This document shows positions 29,953-39,083 of a stretch of 64,000 bases of DNA, piece by piece (position 1 is the stretch's first letter; every line of letters starts with the position of its first letter). A program made the position numbers and the translations under genes. This DNA comes from an uncultured Lachnospiraceae bacterium (GTDB taxonomy: Bacteria; Bacillota; Clostridia; Christensenellales; UBA1242): contig CAZQMZ010000001.1 of the NCBI GenBank assembly GCA_964594865.1, forward strand, positions 11,563-75,562. The letters are read 5' to 3'. The notes beneath the pieces are model-generated. The model was not told where the DNA came from. It made no database searches and saw nothing but the letters and a program-made list of their open reading frames with translations.

Positions 29953-30132
29953 ATGATCAAAAAAATTCCATTTCCGTTATATCAAGTCAAAAAAGGGGAA
30001 AATTTGCGAGTTATTTCACAAAAATTTGGCATTGATAGCACAAAAATCTTGCTGGACAATTCTATGAGTCCAAAACAGATCAAAGAAGGTGTTTTCATTT
30101 TTTTGAAACAGGATGACTATAAAAAGTTGTGA
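29953..30132 (+). CDS. Stand-alone LysM-domain protein, 59 aa (not in the ORF track)
   Basis: MIKKIPFPLYQVKKGENLRVISQKFGIDSTKILLDNSMSPKQIKEGVFIFLKQDDYKKL* fits the LysM pattern Y.V..G..L..I...F.......I...N......I..G. Confidence 0.8.
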   Translation: MIKKIPFPLYQVKKGENLRVISQKFGIDSTKILLDNSMSPKQIKEGVFIFLKQDDYKKL

Positions 30133-30521
30133 AGACTTGCACCCATAAAGTGCTGAAATGTTTCAACATAATTTTTGATTATGTTCAAGGAAACATAAAA
30201 TTCAATCTCTTCTTCTTCGTCAATATAAGTTTTCAAGCGGACAATCTCCACGCCAAGTGGTTCAATTGATTTGTGATTGACCACAAAACAAAGGTTGCTC
30301 TCATCTTTATTCCAATTATATTCCAAATTGTCCACCAAACTTGCCACTTCGCCATTGACAATTCCGCCATTGTTTTCAATGGCAATTTCAATTTCATAGC
30401 AAAAACGATTCACGCGACCAAGTGCGTTCACCACAAGTCTATCTTCCACCACACAAATTGCTGTCAAGATGCCAATAAGCACAAGAATACAGAAAAATTT
30501 GAACCAACCATATTTTGTCAC
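30117..30521 (-). CDS. DUF4363-like protein
   Basis: N-terminal TM, W......L..V.NH..I motif; coupled to the DUF421 gene. Confidence 0.7.
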   Translation of the reverse strand: MTKYGWFKFFCILVLIGILTAICVVEDRLVVNALGRVNRFCYEIEIAIENNGGIVNGEVASLVDNLEYNWNKDESNLCFVVNHKSIEPLGVEIVRLKTYIDEEEEIEFYVSLNIIKNYVETFQHFMGASLHNFL

Positions 30522-31237
30522 TCTTGCACCTTCCCCAGAGGTTTTGTTTGGAGCGTTTGATATTTTTCGTTATATTTTTGTAAATAGACAGAACCATTTT
30601 TGTCAATTGTCATCACAAGAACATCTTTGACATTTTTTGCATTTGCTTTTTCAAGTAGTTTTTTCACTTCAATTTCATCAATTTTTGCAAGTTTGAGATT
30701 GTCTTTGTTGATTTTTCCTTCACTTATTATGTTGATTGGAAGAGTGCTTTTTTCTGGCGATAGATCCAAATCTTGTGCAGTGACAGGGGCATATTGACTC
30801 TTTGGAAACACACTCATCTTGCCATTGGTTTCCATTATGGCGTATTGGATTTGCTCAATTTTGAAATATCCACATCCACGGATTGCTTCAAATACGTCGT
30901 CGACGGAAAGATCCAAATCTTTGAGAGCTTTGTGGTCAATTCCTTCTGGGTTGATGACAATGACAGGCTTTCCGCTCAAAAAAGAAGAAAATTTGCTGCT
31001 GATTTTACTGAAAAACGTCAATATGTAGTGAAGAACCACCAAGGTGAGCAATGGAACAATGCCGTGAAGGACCGGCACGGAAACTTCCGCCATTGGTATG
31101 GTTGCGAGGTCGGCGATGATCAGCGTCAAAACAAGTTCGAAAGGTTGCATTTCGCCCAACTGCCTTTTGCCCATAAGCCGATATAAAGTCAGCACCACAA
31201 TGTAAATTATAACTGCTCGAAAAACAATGGTCAACAT
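30518..31237 (-). CDS. DUF421 (YetF/YrbG-like) membrane protein
   Basis: RLMGKRQLGEMQPFELV, AIMETNGKMSV. Confidence 0.92.
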   Translation of the reverse strand: MLTIVFRAVIIYIVVLTLYRLMGKRQLGEMQPFELVLTLIIADLATIPMAEVSVPVLHGIVPLLTLVVLHYILTFFSKISSKFSSFLSGKPVIVINPEGIDHKALKDLDLSVDDVFEAIRGCGYFKIEQIQYAIMETNGKMSVFPKSQYAPVTAQDLDLSPEKSTLPINIISEGKINKDNLKLAKIDEIEVKKLLEKANAKNVKDVLVMTIDKNGSVYLQKYNEKYQTLQTKPLGKVQE

Positions 31238-31309
31238 GATTATAATATAAGTAAAAAAACAAAAAATACACCAAACGGCGTATTTTTCTTTGATTTATCA
31301 AGATTTTTA

Positions 31310-32467
31310 TCACCAAATTTTGTCATCTTTTTTGCGAACAATGAAAATTATCAAAATTATCACTGCAATGACAAGCAAAACTGCAAAAACAATCAACAAA
31401 ATGAGCCAAGTATAATCAACAGGTTCGGTTTTGACTGTGGAGATGTCTGGAACGGAGCAAGTGAACAATTCATTCCCTTCATCGTCCACAACAGTGAAAA
31501 CGATTGTCCAAACGCCTTCAATTCCGTTGGAAGAAAAAGTGAAAGTGTTTCCTGTTTGAGATTGAATGCCGTCGAAAAGAACTTCATATCCTTGATACTG
31601 CAAATCTTCTTTCATGTCTTCTGTCAAAACATAGTAGACACCGTCAGAGCTGACCCCATATGCCGACCATTTCAAGTGTGCAGGGTTGACATAGTCGAAT
31701 ATGCCGGTGTTGAAATAGAAGTAATATTGACTCAACAAATCGTTTGAGCTTGAGATTGAATATAGCGGTGACAGTGTGGTTGTGTTGATTGTCATCAAAA
31801 TTTCTTCAACATCATCAGGCACGACAGCGATGTAAATTTCTTCGGCTGTGGATGTTTGAACTTTATTTTCTTCGTCAATGTTGCTGTTGTTGATGACTTG
31901 TTTATATTTCAGTTCAAATTTATATAGCCCAAAGCCATAGCCGTGATATGTGGAAGATTCATCATCTGTTGTGCTGTCGATGGAATAATAAAAACTTGAA
32001 GATGAGAAGTTGTTTTCAATGATTGTTTCTTCATAAATTCTCAAAACTGTGTCGGTTGACATTGTTTGAACTTCGTCGCTGTTTTCGTCAAATTCCACAC
32101 ACATATAGGTCACCCAAAGTTCAATGCCAGTATAGTTGTTTTGGTCGTTTTCATCGAAGTTGCTGGTGCTGGAAAAGGTGAAAGTCAGTCCTTGCAAATC
32201 TCTCCAATCATAGCATATGTATGTGATTTGTTTGTTTTCATTAAGCGTGTCGGTGACAGTTTTTTCTCGACCAATGCACGTGCCAGACCTTGCTTGTGTT
32301 GTGAAATCTAAAGAAAATGGCGAGCTGGTTGTTGAGTTTGTTGACACCAATGTTGAAGTTTGTGCAAGCGTGTTTGAAAATGTTCCGCCAAAATTCGTCA
32401 AAAAGAAAATCCCCAGAAACATCATAAGGATTGAAACGACGAACATACAAAACTTCTTCGTTTTCAT
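31310..32467 (-). CDS. Exported acidic protein with a C-terminal membrane anchor
   Basis: Signal peptide, S/T/D/Y-rich body, hydrophobic C-terminus followed by RKK. Confidence 0.8.
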   Translation of the reverse strand: MKTKKFCMFVVSILMMFLGIFFLTNFGGTFSNTLAQTSTLVSTNSTTSSPFSLDFTTQARSGTCIGREKTVTDTLNENKQITYICYDWRDLQGLTFTFSSTSNFDENDQNNYTGIELWVTYMCVEFDENSDEVQTMSTDTVLRIYEETIIENNFSSSSFYYSIDSTTDDESSTYHGYGFGLYKFELKYKQVINNSNIDEENKVQTSTAEEIYIAVVPDDVEEILMTINTTTLSPLYSISSSNDLLSQYYFYFNTGIFDYVNPAHLKWSAYGVSSDGVYYVLTEDMKEDLQYQGYEVLFDGIQSQTGNTFTFSSNGIEGVWTIVFTVVDDEGNELFTCSVPDISTVKTEPVDYTWLILLIVFAVLLVIAVIILIIFIVRKKDDKIW

Positions 32468-32597
32468 GTTTCTATTCTATCATATATTTCGAAAATTAAA
32501 AAATAAATTTTAAAAAATTTGACAAAAACCATATTTTATTTTGAAATTTGACCAAAATGTTTTAAAATATTTGTATATAAATTTGAAAGGGATGTCT

Positions 32598-33410
32598 ATG
32601 GAAATTGAAGAACTTGTTGCGGATGTTGACGAAAATCAAATAAGTTTTGATTTTTTGTATGACATGAAACCAGATGTTCGTGAATGGTCAGCGGAAAACA
32701 CTTTGGTGGTGATTGTCAGAGCCAAGGGGGAAGTTTCTCCGGACTTCGAAATTTGTGGAAAGAGCATGCTCAATTGGGTGAAGCTTGCCTCTTTTGGATG
32801 TCAACAAAAAGTTATTGACGAGCCGGATGAAGAAAACTTTTTGGATGTCATCAAATCGGTTGGAGAAGGTTTTTCATACGTTGTGGTGCTATATTCAGAT
32901 ACTCCGCTTTTGAAAAAGTCAACTTTTTTTGAAATTATGGAATATTTTTCTACTCACAGAATGAATGTTCTCAAATTGTTGCGTGGGATTGTCTTTCGTG
33001 GAGATTTTCTCAAAAATGCCAAGATGATCATGTCTGCCATGGTGGAAGAGTTTGACAAAGAAGATTTTGAGATTGTCGACAATCTGCAAAAAGTTTCCAA
33101 AGTGTTCAAGGTGTTGAACCAAAGAATTTTGAATTATCACAAAGAAGCCGGTGTGGTGTTTTTCGGCGAAGGCACAATCTTTATAGACGCCGATGTTGAA
33201 ATTGAACCGGGGGTGGTGATTTATCCAAACAACATCATCAAAGGGCAAAGTTATATTGGTCGTGACGTCATTTTGGAGAGTGGAAACTATATTCTCGACA
33301 CCATTGTTTGTGATGAGGCATTTGTGGTGCAAAGTTATCTCGAAAAAAGCAAGGTGGAAAACGGAAAAATTGTTGGACCTTTTGCAAAATTGGTCAATAA
33401 AAAGGTGTGA
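32598..33410 (+). CDS. glmU: Truncated, degenerate GlmU-like protein (~270 aa)
   Basis: ICGKSML, VLYSDTPLL, GV......FIDADVEI....IYP, ends at VGPFAKL; located before pth-mfd. Confidence 0.75.
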   Translation: MEIEELVADVDENQISFDFLYDMKPDVREWSAENTLVVIVRAKGEVSPDFEICGKSMLNWVKLASFGCQQKVIDEPDEENFLDVIKSVGEGFSYVVVLYSDTPLLKKSTFFEIMEYFSTHRMNVLKLLRGIVFRGDFLKNAKMIMSAMVEEFDKEDFEIVDNLQKVSKVFKVLNQRILNYHKEAGVVFFGEGTIFIDADVEIEPGVVIYPNNIIKGQSYIGRDVILESGNYILDTIVCDEAFVVQSYLEKSKVENGKIVGPFAKLVNKKV

Positions 33411-33413
33411 AAA

Positions 33414-33914
33414 ATGGTGATTATTGTTGGGCTTGGCAATCCGGAAGCAAGATATGAGCACACAAACCACAACATTGGCTTTGACGTGGTGGATATGCTG
33501 GCAAAAAAGTGGGAAATTGAAATATCCAAGAAAAAATTTAAGGCGCTTGTTGGTGAGGGAATGATTGATGGTCAAAAAGTGATGATTGTCAAACCTCAAA
33601 CATATATGAACAACAGCGGTGAATGCGTGGTCATGCTCAAAGAAAAGTTTAAGGACGCACGCATTATTGTTGTTGTGGACGACATTGATTTGCCACGCGG
33701 ATATGTGAGATATCGCGAAAAGGGCTCGGCTGGCACGCACAACGGGCTGAGAAGTATTGTAAGTTTTATCGGCGAAGATTTTGAACGCGTCAAGGTGGGC
33801 ACCGGGAGAGATATCTCTGTTTCTTTGGTTGATTTTGTGTTGTCAAAATATGATCAAACTGAAATGGCTCCGGTTTTACAACGTGCTTGCCAAGAGATTG
33901 AAGCGAGAATTTGA
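33414..33914 (+). CDS. pth: Peptidyl-tRNA hydrolase
   Basis: IVGLGNP, HNIGF, KPQTYMN.SG, GSAGTHNGLRSI. Confidence 0.97.
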   Translation: MVIIVGLGNPEARYEHTNHNIGFDVVDMLAKKWEIEISKKKFKALVGEGMIDGQKVMIVKPQTYMNNSGECVVMLKEKFKDARIIVVVDDIDLPRGYVRYREKGSAGTHNGLRSIVSFIGEDFERVKVGTGRDISVSLVDFVLSKYDQTEMAPVLQRACQEIEARI

Positions 33915-36900
33915 TGGTTGAATTTTTGAGTTTTTTGCAAAATGTGATTAAGCCCAAAAAGACAATGGGCGGTTTTTTTGTTGGAGAAAAAGTGCTTGTC
34001 ACTGCCTTGCAAGAAAAGTTTGTTTTTCTGGCATCCGATTTTGTGAGTGCAAGCAAAATCAAGAAAGGTTTGACAGATGCTGGCAAAAAAGTGCAAATAA
34101 TCTCTTGTGGACGAGAAAATGATGACGAACACGATGTCAATTTGGCGCCATTTGCAAAAGCAATCTCAGCGTTTGAAAGAAATCTATTGGATGGGCTTAT
34201 TTTTCTGCCGTCTTCTCTTTCATCAAAATTTGATTTGAATTTTTTGTCTCAATCTCTTCAAATTAATGTTGGGCAGGAAATTTCTTTGGAAAATCTATCC
34301 AAACAATTGTCTGATTTTGGCTATGAGCGAGTGGAATATGTTTCCATGCCGGGACAGTTTGCCGTGCGCGGAGATGTTGTGGATATTTTCGTTGAAGAAT
34401 TGCCGACGCGTTTGGAATTTTTTGACGAAGAAGTTGAAAAAATTATAAATTTTGATTTTTCAACGATGAAAACTCAAGAAAATTTGCAAAAAATTGATAT
34501 TTTTCCAATATTTCTGAAATTTGGCAACAATTCTGTTGTTGATTTATGCGAAACAATTTTTGTGGATGAACCTCAAAAAATTGAAAATGAATGCAAAGTT
34601 TTGCAAAATCCACTTGAACATTTTGAAAGGTTTAGTTTGAGCGATGTTGACTTTGACAAATGTTTTGTCTTTTCCAACACAATGCAATGTGAGTTTGAGA
34701 ATGTCACGGTGGGTCAGAAGAATTATATCACAGATTTCATGAGCCTCAAAAACGACATTTTGATGTATGCACGCGGTGGGCACAATGTCTTCCTGTTTGC
34801 GGGTGAGTTTGAAGATATTTTGGAAGAATTTTTGTTGACAAACAACATCTCTCATCGCAAATTTGACGGAAATCTTGTGGACGGAGTGAAAGTCTATCTT
34901 TGTGCTGACTATTTTTCATATTCATTCAGTTTTCTTCCGCTCGACATTATTGGCATTGGCACAGATGACCTATATCGTCCAAAAAGAGTCGACTTCAAAC
35001 GAAGCGGAAAAGTTCTTCCATATCTTCCAAAAGTGGGCGACTTTGTGGTGCATTCGTTTTACGGCGTAGGACGATGCAAAGACATCATTCGCATGAAACT
35101 TTCACGCTTTGAAAAAGACTATTTTGTTTTGGAATATAAAAACGGTGCACTGCTCTATCTTCCTTCCGAGCAAGCCAATCTTTTGTCGGCGTATATTGGT
35201 GGTGAAGATCCAAAACTCAATGCTTTGGGCTCAAACGAGTGGACAAAACTCAAACAAAAAGTCAAGTCCGATCTTAAAGAGTTGGCTTTTGAACTTGCGA
35301 AGATATATAAAGACCGTCAAACAAAGAAAGGGTTCAAGTTTGTGCGTGATGAAGAACTTGAACGAGAGTTTGCGGACAGTTTTGCTTTTGAGCTCACTTC
35401 TGACCAAGTTCAAGCGATTGTGGATGTGGACACGGATATGGAAAACGGCAAAGTTATGGACAGACTGATCTGCGGAGATGTTGGTTTTGGCAAAACAGAA
35501 GTGGCTTTTCGCGCGATGTTCAAGGCGGTGTATAACTCTAAACAGGTGGCATTTCTTTGTCCAACCACAATACTTTCTGAGCAACATTTTCGTTCGTCAA
35601 AAGAGCGTTTTGAGAAGTTTGGATTCAGGATTGAAGTGTTGAATCGATTTAAAACGGCAAAAGAAACAGCGGAAATATATCAAAGATTGGAAGAAGGGAA
35701 AATTGACATCTTGATCGGCACGCACAAAATTTTGAATGATAAAATCAAATTTAAAGATCTTGGACTTCTTGTGTTGGACGAAGAACAACGCTTTGGCGTC
35801 AAAGATAAAGAAAAAATCAAAAAAATGAAGACGGATGTGGATGTTTTGACACTCTCTGCCACGCCAATTCCGCGCACACTCAATATGTCTTTGACCGGAA
35901 TTCGGGACATCAGCGTCATTGCCACACCACCGCGCGACCGACTGCCAATTCAAACTTATGTGACAACATATAGTGACAGTCTTCTTCAAGATGTTGTTTC
36001 AAGAGAACTGTCACGCAAGGGAAAGGCTCTCATTCTTTTCAACCGAGTGGAAGATATATATAATTTTCAAGGCCGCGTTGCCTCGCTTTTGCCACAGGCT
36101 TCAATTGGCGTGGCGCACGGACAAATGGAAGAGCGAGCACTTGCCAGAGTGATTGACAATCTTTACGACGACAAATTTGACGTGCTCATCTCCACCACTC
36201 TCATTGAAAACGGCATCGACCTTCCAACACTCAACACCTTGTTTGTTGTCGATTGTGATTTGTTGGGTTTGTCGCAACTATATCAAATTCGCGGCAGAAT
36301 TGGACGTTCGGACAAACTTGCCTATGCTTATCTCACCTATGACGGCTCAAAAGTGCTGACTGAAACGGCGTATAAACGTCTGGATGCAATCAAGGAGTTT
36401 AGAGAGCTTGGAAGTGGATTCAAGATTGCCACGCGTGACCTTGAAATTCGCGGAGCTGGGGACATTTTGGGCAAACAGCAACACGGACATATGCAAAAAG
36501 TGGGATATGACATGTATATCCGTCTGCTTGATGAAGTGACAAAAGAAATTTCTGGCAATAAGGTTGCCGGAGAAAAAGACATCCAAATGGAACTTGTTTT
36601 GGATGCATATATCAGTGAAGACTACATCTCTTCTCAAGATGAAAGAATTGTCTTTTACAACAAAATTTCAAACATATCTTCTCAGCGTGATTTTGATGAC
36701 GTTCTCTCTCAGTTGCAAGAGATGTGTTCCTATGTTCCAGAAGAAGTGAAAAATTTGTGTAAGGTGGCATATTTAAAAAATTTGGCTGGGCAATTTAATG
36801 TCAAAAAAATCAAGATTGACGAAAGAGAATGCTTGGCGTATTTTTATAAAAGCAAGGACATTATTGACAAAAGATTGTCGAAAACGGTCGGATTTTATGA

Positions 36901-37018
36901 TGCTTGTTTAAAATTTGAAGAACTGCCTATTTTAAAATTGAACATAAAAGGCAGGGTTTTGCAAAAAATTGATAAGATGATTGAGATTTTTTCAAGAGCC
37001 TTACAAGAAAAATTGTAA
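33914..37018 (+). CDS. mfd: Transcription-repair coupling factor
   Basis: GQFAVRG, CarD-like RID, GDVGFGKTEVA, DEEQRFG, TRCF C-terminus. Confidence 0.96.
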   Translation: MVEFLSFLQNVIKPKKTMGGFFVGEKVLVTALQEKFVFLASDFVSASKIKKGLTDAGKKVQIISCGRENDDEHDVNLAPFAKAISAFERNLLDGLIFLPSSLSSKFDLNFLSQSLQINVGQEISLENLSKQLSDFGYERVEYVSMPGQFAVRGDVVDIFVEELPTRLEFFDEEVEKIINFDFSTMKTQENLQKIDIFPIFLKFGNNSVVDLCETIFVDEPQKIENECKVLQNPLEHFERFSLSDVDFDKCFVFSNTMQCEFENVTVGQKNYITDFMSLKNDILMYARGGHNVFLFAGEFEDILEEFLLTNNISHRKFDGNLVDGVKVYLCADYFSYSFSFLPLDIIGIGTDDLYRPKRVDFKRSGKVLPYLPKVGDFVVHSFYGVGRCKDIIRMKLSRFEKDYFVLEYKNGALLYLPSEQANLLSAYIGGEDPKLNALGSNEWTKLKQKVKSDLKELAFELAKIYKDRQTKKGFKFVRDEELEREFADSFAFELTSDQVQAIVDVDTDMENGKVMDRLICGDVGFGKTEVAFRAMFKAVYNSKQVAFLCPTTILSEQHFRSSKERFEKFGFRIEVLNRFKTAKETAEIYQRLEEGKIDILIGTHKILNDKIKFKDLGLLVLDEEQRFGVKDKEKIKKMKTDVDVLTLSATPIPRTLNMSLTGIRDISVIATPPRDRLPIQTYVTTYSDSLLQDVVSRELSRKGKALILFNRVEDIYNFQGRVASLLPQASIGVAHGQMEERALARVIDNLYDDKFDVLISTTLIENGIDLPTLNTLFVVDCDLLGLSQLYQIRGRIGRSDKLAYAYLTYDGSKVLTETAYKRLDAIKEFRELGSGFKIATRDLEIRGAGDILGKQQHGHMQKVGYDMYIRLLDEVTKEISGNKVAGEKDIQMELVLDAYISEDYISSQDERIVFYNKISNISSQRDFDDVLSQLQEMCSYVPEEVKNLCKVAYLKNLAGQFNVKKIKIDERECLAYFYKSKDIIDKRLSKTVGFYDACLKFEELPILKLNIKGRVLQKIDKMIEIFSRALQEKL

Positions 37019-37101
37019 AACATACTCAAAAACACTTGTTTTTTTGTTCAAATGTGTGTTATATTATAAAGGTTATAAAGGCATTTTAAACGGAGTTTCA
37101 A

Positions 37102-38994
37102 GTGAAAAAAAGATTTTTTGCAATTATTATGTCACTTTTCATGTGCTTGTCAGTGTTGACAGGTTGTTCTTTGGTTGAAACGGATGTGCAGAAATTGTAT
37201 GAATCTGTTGTTTGCTCAATAACTTATTCTGACGGAGAAGTTGAAGAAATTACTGTTCGTGAACTATACACAGCCTACAACAGTTATGGATATTATTACG
37301 TTCAAAGTTATGGCTATGACACAGATGAAGCTCTTCTGTTGACTCTCGACACCATCATTGACAGAAAATTGACAGTCAAAGCAGTTGAAGATTATTATAT
37401 AGAAATCGGCGAAGACATTCTTATCGACAGTGAAAAGACTTATCTTTATGATGAAACATACAGTTCTTTGTATGAAAATTTGAAAGAATATTTTACAGAC
37501 AACTTCGGCGAAGCGACAACAGGAACAGCAAGTTCGTCGACATCTTTGTATGAAGAATATGAAAAAAGTGCAAAACTTGACTATGACGACAACGGTTCGT
37601 TGATAATCAGAAAAACAACAACGGCAACAACCACTCGAGAAACATATAAGGCTCAATATAAAGACGGCGAAGTTTATGATCTTGAAAATGAAACTTTTGT
37701 GGAACTTATTTATGAAAAACTATACAGTTTGACCGAAGGAACCAGCACAAGCGCAAGACAATGGAAAATTGCTTTCAACGACTATCTCAAAGACATCAAA
37801 AGCAACTATTCATACATGACTTTCAGTTCGGACAAAGAATGTTTCTTGTTTGAAATCAGCAGATCATATGAAATTTTGAAAGAAAATTATCTTGTTGAAA
37901 AATATGAATCAGTCTTCAATGCTCGCGCTCAACAAGGAGATGATTATTCACTTGTCACAGTCTATGACGTTTTGAATTATTATTCAGCAAAGGTGCGCAC
38001 TGACTATACAGACTATGTCATCAATGGCAACTCGGACACATTTGAAAGTAACATTTTGAGCGATGTTGGCAGTGTGGACTATATCATGGAAGGTGACAAT
38101 GCGACGGGATATTTCTATGTTGCTTATGTGAAAGTGGCATTCACTGATGAACAACAAGCAAAATATGACGAAATCATAAGCGGAGATGCATATTCCAACG
38201 AAACACAACAACAAAAAGCACTTGAAAGTCTCTATGCAAATGTCATGGCAACGGTGCGCGATGAATATGGCGAAGAAACGGGCACAATGACTGCTGAGGC
38301 ACTGTTGGAAGCAATAGAAAAAGCAGTTGGATCATATCAATATCTTGATCACATCACAATTGACGATTTGACTGAAAAGCAGATTGAAATCTTGATCGGA
38401 CACGGTTCCAGCGATGGGTATACGGACGAAGAATTGAAAACTCTGGAAAATTATGTTGTTGAACGCAACGAAGAAATTGACGAAGAAAACAAATTGAAAT
38501 CATACAGCAAAGCAGCAGCATTTAAAACATATTTATATCAATATAATGACGACGATTCATTGCAAAATGCTGACTACAACACTGTGATTGGCGTGACGAC
38601 TGATGGTGAAGTGCTCTCTTCTGATTTCACAGACATGGAAGAAATTGAGGAGGCTTTGAAAGAACTTTATAATGGTGGTCAGGCACAAGTTGGAGATATG
38701 ACAGGCTTGGTTGCTGGCGAAGACGGACTTTACATCTTCTTCTTTGCTGGAAAGATTGAGAACTTGTTCACAGGCATCGACGAGAATTTTGACTTGACAA
38801 AAAGTCCAGAAAGCATAAAGATTTTGGCATCAACAAGATTGAACATCTTCTCTGAAAAGACCATTTTTGATTTGCTTTATGACGAACTGACAACCGACAA
38901 CTTCTCTGTTTTCCAAAACATGAATATGCAATATTTGAGAAATCAATGTCAAGCAATCACAATCGATGAAGATGTTTTGAAGAGATTATACTAA
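37102..38994 (+). CDS. Large acidic lipoprotein, probably a divergent PrsA/SurA-type foldase
   Basis: LTGC lipobox; position after mfd; GDMTGLVAGEDGLYIFF resembles the rotamase C-terminus. Confidence 0.55.
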   Translation: MKKRFFAIIMSLFMCLSVLTGCSLVETDVQKLYESVVCSITYSDGEVEEITVRELYTAYNSYGYYYVQSYGYDTDEALLLTLDTIIDRKLTVKAVEDYYIEIGEDILIDSEKTYLYDETYSSLYENLKEYFTDNFGEATTGTASSSTSLYEEYEKSAKLDYDDNGSLIIRKTTTATTTRETYKAQYKDGEVYDLENETFVELIYEKLYSLTEGTSTSARQWKIAFNDYLKDIKSNYSYMTFSSDKECFLFEISRSYEILKENYLVEKYESVFNARAQQGDDYSLVTVYDVLNYYSAKVRTDYTDYVINGNSDTFESNILSDVGSVDYIMEGDNATGYFYVAYVKVAFTDEQQAKYDEIISGDAYSNETQQQKALESLYANVMATVRDEYGEETGTMTAEALLEAIEKAVGSYQYLDHITIDDLTEKQIEILIGHGSSDGYTDEELKTLENYVVERNEEIDEENKLKSYSKAAAFKTYLYQYNDDDSLQNADYNTVIGVTTDGEVLSSDFTDMEEIEEALKELYNGGQAQVGDMTGLVAGEDGLYIFFFAGKIENLFTGIDENFDLTKSPESIKILASTRLNIFSEKTIFDLLYDELTTDNFSVFQNMNMQYLRNQCQAITIDEDVLKRLY

Positions 38995-39083
38995 AATCAA
39001 AAAAAACATAAATAAAAAAACAAACAACAACTCTTGAAAGTTTGACAGGAGTTGTTGTTTTTTGTTATAATACGATGAGTTAA

